This document shows positions 1 through 11,115 of a DNA stretch of 64,000 nucleotides, piece by piece. Position 1 is the stretch's first letter; every line of letters begins with the position of its first letter. The stretch is from Fimicolochytrium jonesii (taxonomy: Eukaryota): positions 124,001 to 188,000 of the forward strand of contig NW_026515685.1 in NCBI RefSeq assembly GCF_025526975.1. The letters run 5' to 3'. Position numbers and translations under genes: made by a program. Below the pieces are notes generated by a model, which searched no databases, was not told the DNA's origin, and saw nothing but the letters and a program-made list of their open reading frames with translations.

Positions 1-70
1 TACGTCATTCAACTTGCCACCGGTACCTGGTGAACTTCACACCTTCACATCCTTTTTCACACCAGAAAGC

Positions 71-115
71 ACCACCGCAACCACCGCAACCACCCCAACC
101 ACCACAACCACCGCA
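71..115 (+). repeat. 5 x 9-bp tandem repeat (ACCACCGCA-like) just upstream of the transposase ATG
   Basis: accaccgca accaccgca accacccca accaccaca accaccgca, read directly. Confidence 0.85.
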
Positions 116-117
116 AG

Positions 118-1260
118 ATGCCTGAAAGACGCAAATACAATAAGATCCCCGATGATATCCGCGAAAAAATCATCCAGTCTGTGATGTACGAAGCCCGCTC
201 ACTTGGAGAGACTGGCCAACGTTTTGGATATCCGAAAGCGACCATCGCATCGATTGTTGAGAAGTGGAAGCGCACGGGCAACGCTCACAGATCTCATGCA
301 AGCAACCGACCTCGCCTCATGACAGAGGAAATGGATGCCTTCGTTCGAGAAAAGTACGACGACAATCCCGCTCTCACCATTGCGACGGTCACAGATATGA
401 TGAATGATCATTTTCATACCCATATCACCGAGAGGACTGTTGAGGCGCACCTCAACCGGTCCGGAAACGACCAATATCGCATGAAGCTGATGAGGAATGA
501 GCCCGCCGACTTCAACAACCCGACGAAAATTTGTGACCGCAGAGAATGGTGTGAAGAATTTATGCGCCAGCACTTTTCGCTTGATGACTGCATTCACCTT
601 GACGAAGCTGGGTTCAATCTCAAGCTTCATCGCAAACAAGGAAGGGCTCGTCGAGGTCGCCATCCGATCAATGTCCATAATCAACGGGGGCCCAACCATA
701 CCCTCCTTGTCGCTGTCTCCCGCACGCAAGGGGTTTTTGCAAGGCGTTTGCGTATGAACCTGACAACCAACGGGAATGCCTTCGAGGCATTCCTCACCGA
801 AGAGGTCTTGCCAAACATTGACGAGCCAAACAAGCTCATTGTCTTGGATAATGCGCCCATTCATCGCACCCGTCGCATTAAGGACCTCATTCAAAACGCT
901 GGTCATCGTGTCAAGATGCTCCCTTCCTACACTCCCTTCTTCAACTGCACCGAATGGGTCTTTGGCAGTGTCAAGCCCTTTATTTGCTGCAATGAACTGC
1001 GGATTAGCAACGAGACGCTGCCCCAGCTCATTGATGACGGTCTGGATCGCATTACAACAGATATGGTGGAGGGTTGGATGCGCGAGGTTATGAGATATTT
1101 CCTTCTGGCGTTGAGAGAGGAACCTCTTGGAAGGATGTACGACAACAGGAGCTACATGGACCTCGCTCAATTCCAGCACAACGTGGAGAATGAGGAGGAG
1201 GAGGAGGAGGAGGAAGACGGAGGGGCGGCGGATGGACCGGCTGATGGAGGCGAGGAGTAG
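118..1260 (+). CDS. IS630/Tc1-mariner family transposase (DD34E), intact
   Basis: N-terminal HTH-like region; catalytic motifs CIHLDEAGF, IVLDNAPIH and LPSYTPFFNCTE with 34 residues between the second D and E; acidic tail; no introns. Confidence 0.93.
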   Translation: MPERRKYNKIPDDIREKIIQSVMYEARSLGETGQRFGYPKATIASIVEKWKRTGNAHRSHASNRPRLMTEEMDAFVREKYDDNPALTIATVTDMMNDHFHTHITERTVEAHLNRSGNDQYRMKLMRNEPADFNNPTKICDRREWCEEFMRQHFSLDDCIHLDEAGFNLKLHRKQGRARRGRHPINVHNQRGPNHTLLVAVSRTQGVFARRLRMNLTTNGNAFEAFLTEEVLPNIDEPNKLIVLDNAPIHRTRRIKDLIQNAGHRVKMLPSYTPFFNCTEWVFGSVKPFICCNELRISNETLPQLIDDGLDRITTDMVEGWMREVMRYFLLALREEPLGRMYDNRSYMDLAQFQHNVENEEEEEEEEDGGAADGPADGGEE

Positions 1261-1510
1261 ATTCACTTCCTTAGCACGATCTGAATTTTGTGGCGTATCA
1301 ACTTGGTGCGGCGTATGACCTTGGATGGGGACACATATGAACTTGAGTAGGTAGTTGCGTATGAAGTAATAAATCAGCATGTGAATAAGAAAAAAATGTG
1401 CGTATCAAAATATACTTCTCTATGTGAACTGAAAATGCGTTCAGGATATGAAGGAGCATTCTCTCTCCCTCTGAAAGTGGCTTAACATGCACAAAGGCGA
1501 CCCATACCGG

Positions 1511-1562
1511 CCAGTTAGTCAGTTAGTCGGGGCCAGTTAGTCGGGGCTTCCGTTTGTGTCTA
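1511..1562. mobile_element. Probable right end of the IS630/Tc1 element (subterminal CAGTTAGTC repeats, then ...GTGTC|TA)
   Basis: Three CAGTTAGTC copies (1512, 1520, 1534), two followed by GGGG, about 250 bp after the transposase stop; CTAG at 1560-1563. The left end would lie outside the window, so this is unconfirmed. Confidence 0.45.
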
Positions 1563-1851
1563 GACTCGTAGCCTGGGGAAGACTCTTTGTACGTGAGGGG
1601 ACAGTACGTCCTATTACAGCTAGGGGAGCCTTCGCATGCTTGAGCGATGCGAACAAACCTCGAACCTCGTTTCGCCCGGCGCTGGTCCCCGCCTCCTTCC
1701 CCCTTCTCGTAGATTTTCTGGACTCAATCTGCCTCCCGCCAAGGGAGACAACACGTCAGTTTCGGGGTTGACTTTCATTCATGTATCCCTTGTTTCTATT
1801 TTCTGTGCTAGACCGGATTTTACTACATGGGAATGCAGGACAAAAGCATAA

Positions 1852-1880
1852 TACAGTAGGTGGCCAAAAGTCCGGGTACG
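1852..1880 (+). mobile_element. Orphan Tc1/impala-like TIR end
   Basis: TA|CAGTAGGTGGCCAAAAGTCCGGGTACG resembles Tc1-family termini (TA target, CAGT...CAAAA); no inverted partner found in the window. Confidence 0.4.
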
Positions 1881-1994
1881 ACGCGACAAGGACACATCAT
1901 CCCCAGCATAGCCACCAGCAGAAGTCGCCGGCCTGCCTGCCCATCACTTAGCAGTAGTCGGCAGAGGAAGCAGATGACTGAGCGAACTCTATGA

Positions 1995-3372
1995 TGTGTG
2001 AGATGTAGTACTGTAAAGTATGTATTGTCTTGTCTAGAAAAGAGGACGCGAGGTCCGAAAGGGGAAGAAAAGAGTGAAGTCCCGTACGCGTAAGCGTGGC
2101 GTAAGCGGGAGGTGAGTCACGATGGGAAATGAACTACTAGAACCCTAACTGGGGACTAAGCTACGGGAACCCTAAATAAGGGCTCGGGAGAATGAAACCT
2201 CCAACACCCCCACTCAAACTCACGAGTCTGTCTAAGTAAAAGATAAATCAAACAAGGAGTACAATGGTGTACAATGGTGTGGCCGTACGCGAAAATCGGG
2301 CGGTCGGGGAATGTTGATGAGATGCCGGTACGGATGCGAAGACCTTCGTAAGCAGCATGGCCGGTCGTATTGGTAAGTGCGACGGTGCGGGTCCATTGAA
2401 GGGAGCGCATTGATGTGAAGTGCATCATTCCAGTCGGCTTGGGTTCGGAGCTGAGACCTGACGACGACAAAACGAAGCCGACAGCAGTTGAAATGGCCCA
2501 GCGCCGGGTAATGGATGCCCCCGTGAGGGCCGCCACTGCTTCCGGGTAGTAGAGGAGCGTGTTGAAATGGGGAACTCAGAGGCGGGGGGTACGCACTGAA
2601 ATGGCGTATGGCGGGAAGCCGGGGTAGCGTAGTGTTGTCCAAATCGGGTAATCCGTTGATGGGGTAACGACGCTGATTCTCTTTATCAGTGCATTTCGCA
2701 GCTGATATAAGAGGTTGGGTAAGACCGGGAGCCGATAATCCGTCGCGCGGAGCGGCCGCGTTGTCGCCGGACGTAGGTTGGATAAGTACGGTGTCCTTCT
2801 TCTTTGAAGTAAGGGTAGTCGAATCCGCGAGTCCATTGAGGCGGTGGTGGTCTTGAAGAGAAGATGGATCCAGATCCTCGATATAGGGGTCTTGTGATCC
2901 GTATGGCTGCCGTTCCGGAGTTGAATAAACATACGGAGCGGTGGCCGCATGGGGTGGCCTCAGAGGTTCACTTCCGTGATGAATTCTCGCGAAAGGAGGG
3001 CCTTGAGTACCGTATGGCTGACGTTCCGGGCCTTGATAAGCATATGGAGCGATGCAGGCCGTTGCGCTCTGAGAAGGCGCATGGGGTGGCTGTCGTCCTG
3101 GAGTTGGATAAACATACCGAGCGGTGTAAGCCGGAGCGCGCAGAGAACCCAGTTCCCAATTTCCTAGTCGATGTTGGGTCGTCCGGTGTAACCGGGTCAG
3201 GGGAAACGGATGCCAATCGTCGCACCGAAGTGAAGTAAAGCTGGGCCAACTCCTCGGCAGTTATCGTGGATGTCGCAGGTATAAAAGTACACGCGCGATG
3301 ACAGATAGTCGATGAAGACAATAATACTGTCGTAGAACGCATCCACATGCACCTTGTTTTCGGGAACATCAA
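1995..3372 (-). mobile_element. LTR-retrotransposon remnant (integrase fragment, PPT and putative 3' LTR)
   Basis: Minus strand 3334-3232 reads YDSIIVFIDYLSSRVYF/IPATSTITAEELAQLYF across a 1-nt frameshift, like the start of the Ty3/Gypsy integrase core. TTGAGTGGGGG|TGTTGG at 2217-2201 resembles a PPT plus LTR start; AATACA at 2026-2021. Confidence 0.5.
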
Positions 3373-4059
3373 GTTCCTCCTACAACACTCGTTATGTGTA
3401 CCTTATTCCAACCCAGCCCGTGTTCATCGCAGACTAGCCGCAGAATCGAATGCTACAGTTCCTAAAAATTCCGACGGGAAGCCGGCCTCGGGAAGCACGA
3501 AAAAGCTGTTCTGAAGCGCCGTTGAGGCGCCAGAATAGCCTCGTCGTACTTCCATTGGCCGTCCACCGAGTTCTGCGAGCCAGCGACGTCGGGCCAGCAG
3601 GTATACTAAGAACGCAGCACCCCTGGTGAGCCGCGCAACGCACCGGGCCCGTGATGGAGCAGGAGCAGCTCTGCTCGCGGGCTTCTCCTACTAGCCTCTA
3701 GCACCTTTACAATGACTTGGTCGTGGCACTTTGAAGACGAACTCGACCGGTCCGCTCGCTGCAAACCGTTGCAGTTTTGCTTCGATGTTCGCTTGGATGG
3801 CGGCATAACAGCCACTCGAACAACACATGCGATGATTCGAGAACGATCAGGTCATGCGCGGATGCAGCGGTTTACAAAACATGAAACCTTACCTCGTAGA
3901 TGGAGTAGTTGCGGTGACCACCCACCAGCGCCCGCTTTCAACCACCTTGCAATCTGTTCGACGGTCTCTTCGGCAGGGTACGATACATGGGGACGGGTAT
4001 GTTACGTCTGTGATTTTTTCCTCAAGTTTCCGTCCATCATCAGACTTGAGGATGCCGAC

Positions 4060-4395
4060 CTAAACGTTCGGGTAACACAACCACGACGACTCCACGGTGT
4101 GCTGGGCATACCATTTCCGCTCATGCGCCCGGTATCTGATGTTCCAAGACATCCATGCTGCCCAGATCTTCTCCGCGGCTTTGATTGCTGTTGCCGGCGA
4201 GGCCGGCGATTGGCGCAGGGTGGCCGTTGGATAGCACCACTTGCGTTCCTCCCTCTGGTATCTGAGGTTAGATGCCAACCAAGCGCCCCAAATCGTCTCC
4301 GCGGCTCTTGTTGCTGTTGCTGAGGCGGGGAGGGTCGGTGCAGCGGTGGTGGTCGCGGGTTCGTCTACATCGTCTGCCCAATTGAATCCCGTCAC
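4060..4395 (-). CDS. Hypothetical ORF fragment with an internal ~30-aa duplication (IQ-like helix)
   Basis: ATATRAAETIWGAWLASNLRYQREERKW vs ATAIKAAEKIWAAWMSWNIRYRAHERKW; start uncertain. Confidence 0.35.
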   Translation of the reverse strand: MTGFNWADDVDEPATTTAAPTLPASATATRAAETIWGAWLASNLRYQREERKWCYPTATLRQSPASPATAIKAAEKIWAAWMSWNIRYRAHERKWYAQHTVESSWLCYPNV

Positions 4396-4610
4396 GTAGT
4401 CGGTTGAGGTATGCTGCTGCTGCGGGACCAGGCACTTTCGTAGTGTTCGAAAGAGTTGTTGGTTTGGTTCGCCACATTGTAGGAATTGGAGTGTATAGGG
4501 TGTATAGAATGCAACAGTTGCCTAGTGGGTGGCCCTGTTGTGTCCGTGCTGTGTCCGACGTCCTGTTGTTTCCATGCTGTGCGAAGGCTCCTGTAGCTCG
4601 GGGCTTCCTC

Positions 4611-5216
4611 CTAGGTATAGGTTCTGGGGCGGGGGTGGGGTTGGGCGGCAGTCGGGGTGGCGCGAAAAGAAGACCGTTCGCGCAGGGAAACTGGTCCTTT
4701 CGTACTCTCTGCGCTTGGTTTCTATAATGCCAGAGTCAGAGATCTTCTGGCCGATGAGGGAGGCATCAGCGAAGTACTGTACGTACCATCGCGCAGGACT
4801 TCCCACGCGTGGCCGTGTTGCTGGCCGTGCCAACCTCCCCGTGCGTCAGCTTGGGCTTGGGGGTGGTGTTCGTGGCCTTGCACATCACGTCGAATTCCCT
4901 ATGAACAAGACAACATCGGGTCAGACTTTGACACTCTGAGAGGTCGTCCCAGCAAGAGGGTGCTCATATCCTACCTTTTGAGGGCGTCGCATTCGTAACG
5001 CCTCATCCCGCCTTCGATGGGGATGCAGACGGTCCCGTTTGGGAGGAGACGCATTCTCGATCCCCAGGTGACAGCCCCCGTAATCAATCTATAACAAAGA
5101 GAACTACGTATGAGTTTCCACGAAAAACTTTCGGACCCGATGGCCATACCCATCTTCGCAGTTTCCCAACAAAACAGACGGAGCTTGAAACGAACCGCAG
5201 GAGGAACTTGGGGCAT
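4611..5216 (-). CDS. Possible small spliced hypothetical gene
   Basis: TATAAAAG on the minus strand at 5337-5330, ATG at 5216, intron-like GTAGGA...CTGAC...TAG and GTACGT...CTGAC...TAG segments; no recognisable domain. Confidence 0.3.
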
Positions 5217-6184
5217 AGTGGTAGTGGTTCGAGGAATGGGGAGGGACGAGAGAGAGAGATAGTTGTTGTTGTTGTTGCTGGTTGGCAAATAGTACTTTCG
5301 AAAAAGTGTGGAGAGTGGAGCCTTGCAGCCTTTTATACGGTCCCCTTCCGGCCCCCCGCGCTCCCGTCGACTGAGCTTCCCGCGACCTCCCGGAACTTTC
5401 GAGGTGCCTCCGGGTCCCCGTTCTTATCTCTGGGATGTCAAAGTGTCAATTTCTGGGATGTCAAACATAAAGCCGAAGATAGGAAAGGAAGGAAGGCAGG
5501 ACGTGGGACTTACGGGTGATATTTGAGCGCCTTCTTGTAGTACCTAACAGCGCAGAGGAAAACATATGTCAGCGCCAAGACGAGTACCGCCGAGGCTGGC
5601 CGGCGAAAGGACCTCTTTCGGTTGCACTACCTACATCTGGGATTTCTGAGAACAGGGCAGTCCGGCCCTACTGAACGGCGGGGCATTGACAAGTGGTCAA
5701 CCACCATCTTCCTACCGTATCCTTGTCGATCCAAGTGGCTCCCTGCATATGGTGCACTACTTCGTGAGCGCCTTGTGCTGCTGGAGAGTCTGTTCGTTAC
5801 AGACGTTTGTTACAGACGTCGCGGTGGTAGCGGTAGTGGGCATGCCGTACAAAGACCGCCTCCGTGCTGGATACGTTTGAACAGCAGGAACAGGTAATTC
5901 GAGGCATCTGCTTCCGAGGTGGTTTGGGAAGGGGAAAGACTGTAAAAGACTGTAAGCGCAGGGTGGGTGAGTTGCATATGGACGAGGGCTGATGCTTCTG
6001 TGCGGAAAGGGAGAGGGTTCAGCAATGCGGGTGCTCCTTCATGCGGAGGATTGGCCTCAGTTCGTGACGTGTTTGGCTGTTTGGTCCCCCCACCCCCATG
6101 CGTCCGCCAAGACCTCCCCACAAACCCATCGTCCCACGCCCATCAAATCCAACCTTACATCAACCCCATCACCAACCCCCGAAA

Positions 6185-6507
6185 ATGCCCGCCGCCCCCG
6201 CCCACGAACATCTCGTCAACAAGCACCTCGCAAAGGACTCTCAGAAAGTAGACGCCCTCGTCTCCAAAGGTGTTCAGCGTGACCAGGTAACGTCACCCCA
6301 TCCCACATCTCAATCTCACACCTTCAGTTACGTACATCACACTCATATTTATGCTAACTTATGGTTTAGATTGTTACACCCGACCAACTCCCCGCGCATC
6401 ACCGCGTGATCCCGGCCTCGGGCATGATGACGATGGATTTCAGGCCCGAGAGGCTGAATTTGGAGGTGGATGAGCAGGACGTCATCAAGAGGGTTCATAT
6501 GGGTTAG
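6185..6507 (+). CDS. Peptidase inhibitor I78 family protein (2 exons)
   Basis: Exons 6185-6286 and 6370-6507 join in frame: ...HRVIPASGMMTMDFRPERLNLEVDEQDVIKRVHMG*, carrying the I78 'MTMDFRPxRLN' signature. Confidence 0.85.
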
Positions 6508-6669
6508 AGAGGGATGTGAAATGCAAATGTAGGAAGTTTTGGTAGCGGAGACAAGAATTGTGGTTATGAAAGGACTAGCAAGTCGGCGTAACAGTTTAGT
6601 ACAGAAAAGTCCCGACTACGTAGCTGAGTTTCATGTATGTAAATGCATCCATATGTACAAAAAGTCCCA

Positions 6670-9600
6670 TCACCTCGTACTCTCCCCCCTCCCCACACAA
6701 TGCACATGCGTAACCCTCCCATCCTCCCACCTCGCAAACACCGTCGGATCCGTCACACCCTTCTCACAAACACAACACCTCACCCCACCCTCCGGCAAAT
6801 GCACCGCCACCCTCGCCTGCCTCTCGTCCAACAACACCGCATGCGTCTTCAGATGCATTCCTTTGGCAACGTTCTTGGTGATCACACTGGTTCGATGGGC
6901 ATGTACACTCGACCGAAGTGCCGAAGCGATGAAATGCGGCGCAAGGAGCCGGAGTGACCATGTTGTAGGCAGGGCCGGTAAAATACTGAGGAGATCGAAA
7001 TGGGTCGCGTGTCGGTTGAGCAGGCCGATGGCTTTCATGTGCTGTTGCGGGTCACCACCTTCATCCCGCATGCAATGCTCCAACAACACCCTTAGTAACC
7101 TGCCCCGCGTCTCTGGGACCGGTTGCGCGACCGCACACGCCTCAGCGCTCACATCATCTCCAACCTCCAGCCACAACTTCACCACCGCCTCTGCATCTTT
7201 ATCTCCCCCTTGTTTGGTCATCACAACCGCGCGTTCCGCTTTCAACCCCTCCACAGCCTCCACACGTTCCGCAACAACCCCATAATCGATATGGGCAGAC
7301 GTATCGAGGAAGTTGAGCAACTTGGCGCGTTCGACGCAGAGCCGATCGGACGGGCGGGAGAGGAGAAAGGAGCGGTAGGTTGGCCGGGTTGGGAGGGAGA
7401 GGTAGGCGGTGTCGAGGGATGTGAGGGAGGAGGGGGTGGCTAGGGATTGGAGGGTCGTGAGGTAGAGTAGGGCGAGCGTTGTGTGGAGGTTGGGGTCCTG
7501 CGAAACGGGAATTAGGATGAGATGTCACTGATTCCCTTGGGGTCGCTTTTGTCCTCCCGCCACTTTTTGTTTCTCTTACCTGCTCCTCCCTCCCAAAAAC
7601 CAACCGCTCCACAAACTCCACATAAGCCTCCGGCTCCCGTTCCTTCAAATACGCCTCGATATCCCCCATCGACATAGTCTTGTCCATATGATGTACCAGA
7701 ATCTGAAAAGAAAAGGACCTAAGATCAGCAAACAAGACATCACCCTGCCAGCGTAGTACTGCGTGTCCCCGTTTCACTCACCCCGATGGCTAAACCCCTA
7801 TCCAACCGCAAAACCCACTCCACAGCGCTCATTACGATGTCTCGGTGCTCAAGCGCTTTCACGTACTCGCACACTGTCTCGAGGCCCGGAAAGGCCGGGT
7901 CTTCAATCTCGCCAACTGCCAGCCTAAAAGGGATCCCCGGCGTTAGTTAAAGCCGTGAAAATGCCCCTGGAAAGATAGTAGGACACGGACCGATGCCACA
8001 TATCCAACACGTTCTCGTTCATCCCTCGGGTTTTATGCAGGAGGCTGAGGTCGTAATATCGCTGCTCCCCCAAAAGGACCATGATAAGTCCAACTTATTT
8101 CCGCTTGTTCAAGCACACACATAAAGCCCACCTTCTGTGCCTCCAACAACGCCTCAGCATCCGCCATCCGACATCTAGTTGGTGACGAGAGGAATGAGGC
8201 TAAGCGAGCGGGGTCGGTTTTGATGTACAGTTTGAGGAGGGTCATGTCGATGTGCTACACGAAGTAATCAATGTCGGGTGTGAGCACATTGGTGTTGTAC
8301 ATAGAGATATGCGGGCTTTTCACTCACCTCCTGCCGCGGATCATCGACGGGGTATATCGTTCGCGCGTAGCGGAGGTATTCGCCGAGCATGCTCTGCAGA
8401 GGGGTGAAGCGGTGAGCGGGGGTGTGAGCGATGCCGAAGGGATGTCGCGCCCAGCCACGTACCTGAGCGTTCCCAAACAACGCCTCTCCGAAAGAGGTCA
8501 GCGTCTCCGGGTCAGCGTCCGCATACTCCTTGCTCAAATACGCGTTCACTGAAACCACATAAATCAGAAATCGCATTCCTCACACCAAGGAACAAGAAAG
8601 GCAGAAGCATACCAATCGCATCACTCGTAGCAGGGTACTCCGGATGTTTCTCGCTCATATCAACGTCCAACCCCTCGGTGTGGTCGGCAATGTCCGGGAA
8701 CCACGACGTCAAGAAAGCCGGGTCCGTCGCGCCTTTTTTTAACAGGCCCAGTGCTTCGTCGAAGAGGGTATCTTGGAAGTGGAGGAGGGCGGCGCGGCGG
8801 TAGAGATGTTCCATTTGCGTTTTCTAACAAAAAGAAAGGGTTGGTAAGGCGCCAGTCAGATTGTATTGTGACATCAACGGGCGCTCACCTTCCGCAACGC
8901 ACTCTCATCCGGCTGCGCAAGCATCATATGCTCCGCCAACTCCAACGCCCGCTCGACATCCCTCTGCTCCAAAAGCTGATCAACCTGGCTCGCCAGCGGC
9001 GTCATCGTCAACGCCAGCACGCAGTTCTTGCATCCGATCAATATGCGAATCGTGCCGCCTGACGATGTTGAGGACCCGCCGGTGGTGTTGACGTCGAGGT
9101 TGAAGGTTGCTTCTGCAAGGAACCGGGAGTCGACGTTGGGGGGGAGAGTGAGCGATTGTACGCGTTGTTGAGTCATTACATTGTGGATCTCGATTGTGTT
9201 GTTGTTGAGGAGGGCGGCGACGTAGGGGAAGTGGAATGCTGGGGGTTGGTTGCGTTAGTCCCTCTGTCCATTCCAGAATGTGTGCATGATGCAACAAACC
9301 TAATGATTTAGGAATCGCCGTCCATTCCAAAGTACCTGCAGCCATGAAAAGTCAGCATGGAAGCGACACTCACACAGACCTAACGCACAAACCATATCCT
9401 ACCTCTCACCGGCTCCCCATTCTGCGATATGAAAACGCCCAGCCCCAACCCCTGCGGCGTAGCAGTCACGAGCACAAACTCGCCCTCGCCAAACACGGCG
9501 ACCACGGGGTTCTGCAGCGATCGATCGTATGGAAACAACGGGATCATGGAGCCGTTATCGAGGAAGATGAGCTTATACTGCTCGCCGTCTGCAGCGCAGA

Positions 9601-10810
9601 TGCGGGAGTCGTAGCGGACCATCGTTGCTGCTCCTTCCGGGATCGGGAGTTCCTGGAATGATCACGAGACGGGAGGTTAGGGGCTGTCGCCATCGAAGAA
9701 ATGGATCCCTCTCGCTAGCCCACCTTCTCCGGTTCAAACATGTCGCCCAAGTGCCCGCAAAGAAGCATCCGCCGTCTTGAGTTCACAAACGCAAGCGGCA
9801 TGGGGGATTGGACCTGGCGATCCGCGCAAAAGCAGGTGACTTGCTTTATGGGCTGACACATTACGACAGGGAGTTGCTCCAGGGTGTCCAGCTCCAGGAA
9901 GACCACCGTCCCATCTGTGATTTCGAAAAGCAGGTTCCCCGATCAGCGTACTGTCACCAAAATCCTGTCCCATCCATCAGAAGTCAAGAGCAGTCGTCAT
10001 TACCGCAAAATGCCACCATCCGAGACTCCGTCGGTACCGCCAGTATAGACGAAACCGGCTTCCTCCCCAATCCCAAGGAACTCCTGCTCAAATGTTCGCT
10101 ATGTAAACTTTCATACTGGTGCTATGTCAAAAGAACGCGTGTCAGACATGGTCCATTTGACGAAACAGACATAAACACTGAATGCATACCTTTGTCCCAC
10201 TCTCGGCTTGCGTAGTCGATCTATCAAGCATAAAATGCAGTACATGCCCATCCGATGTTCCCACATATAGGTTGGCGTCTACGAACCCGAGAGACAAAGT
10301 TGTCAGTGGTCGATAACGCGTCTAGATCACACATCCGCAAAGTGATGGATGGTTGGGGTGAGCGACGTTGACTAAGAGTAACCGGGCGCTCACAGCTGAA
10401 GACAGATGCTCCTTACGCTCGCCTGAAAATCACGATGGTTCGCCCCCAATTCGCTCGGGTTCCCATCGCAAACCAACCGCTCTCGCTACCGCTCGCAGAC
10501 CCTCTATATCGCTCGGGCACCCTCAAAACTCACCACATAACTCCACAGCCTCTATAGTCGCCGCCCTACCCCCACCCAAGCTCGGCGACCCCGGTACCGA
10601 ATCCTGTCCACCTCCAGCATGCCCATGACCCCCACCAAGAACGGTAGATCTAGCAAAGAGGGAAGTCGCGCTGCGTTGCGGCGTGAGTGCCGCCGGCGAG
10701 GGATCCTGCTGTTGTTGTGTGGATGTTGCTCCTCCAGCGCTGTTGTTTTGTGTGGCAGCGCTCAAGTCTCTTATGAGCGTGGTGAGTCTGAAGGGGTTGA
10801 AGCGAGGCAT
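6670..10810 (-). CDS. TGFBRAP1: Vps39/TGFBRAP1(Vps3)-family HOPS/CORVET tethering subunit, multi-exon
   Basis: CNH-like N-terminus (IEAVELC, GLGVFISQNGEPVRG, QVDQLLEQRDVERALELAE), TLLKLY, helical repeats, C-terminal CxxC...THVHC finger. VPS39 vs TGFBRAP1 cannot be settled by eye. Confidence 0.85.
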
Positions 10811-11115
10811 GTGAATTGCATCGTCGGCCTGGCTGGATGCTGCACTCGCCCGTCTGCGTGATGTGGTTTCGGAGCCCCTGGCGGAGGAGGGTACTTGCAG
10901 CTATGGGATAGGCTGCTGGTGCGCTTTCAATAATGCCTATTCAGCTGAGCCTCAGGTTCCGCTGCCGATGGTCTCCTATCCAGATTGGCTGTGTTTCCCA
11001 CGAGTTGCGAACCAAGATGGCGGTGGGAACTCGTGAAAGCCTGTGACAGGCCGTTGCGGTCGCCCAAAAGCCCTATATTCAGCAACTCGACAATTTCCCC
11101 CCACCTCCGAACACA

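Noticed and set aside
199..1380. 393-aa antisense ORF covering the transposase
   Set aside because: It mirrors the sense codons in register and has no recognisable motif; expected from GC3-rich codon usage.
1260..5600. Fanzor/TnpB cargo next to the IS630/Tc1 transposase
   Set aside because: No RuvC or zinc-ribbon motifs and no long ORF downstream; the upstream side is outside the window.
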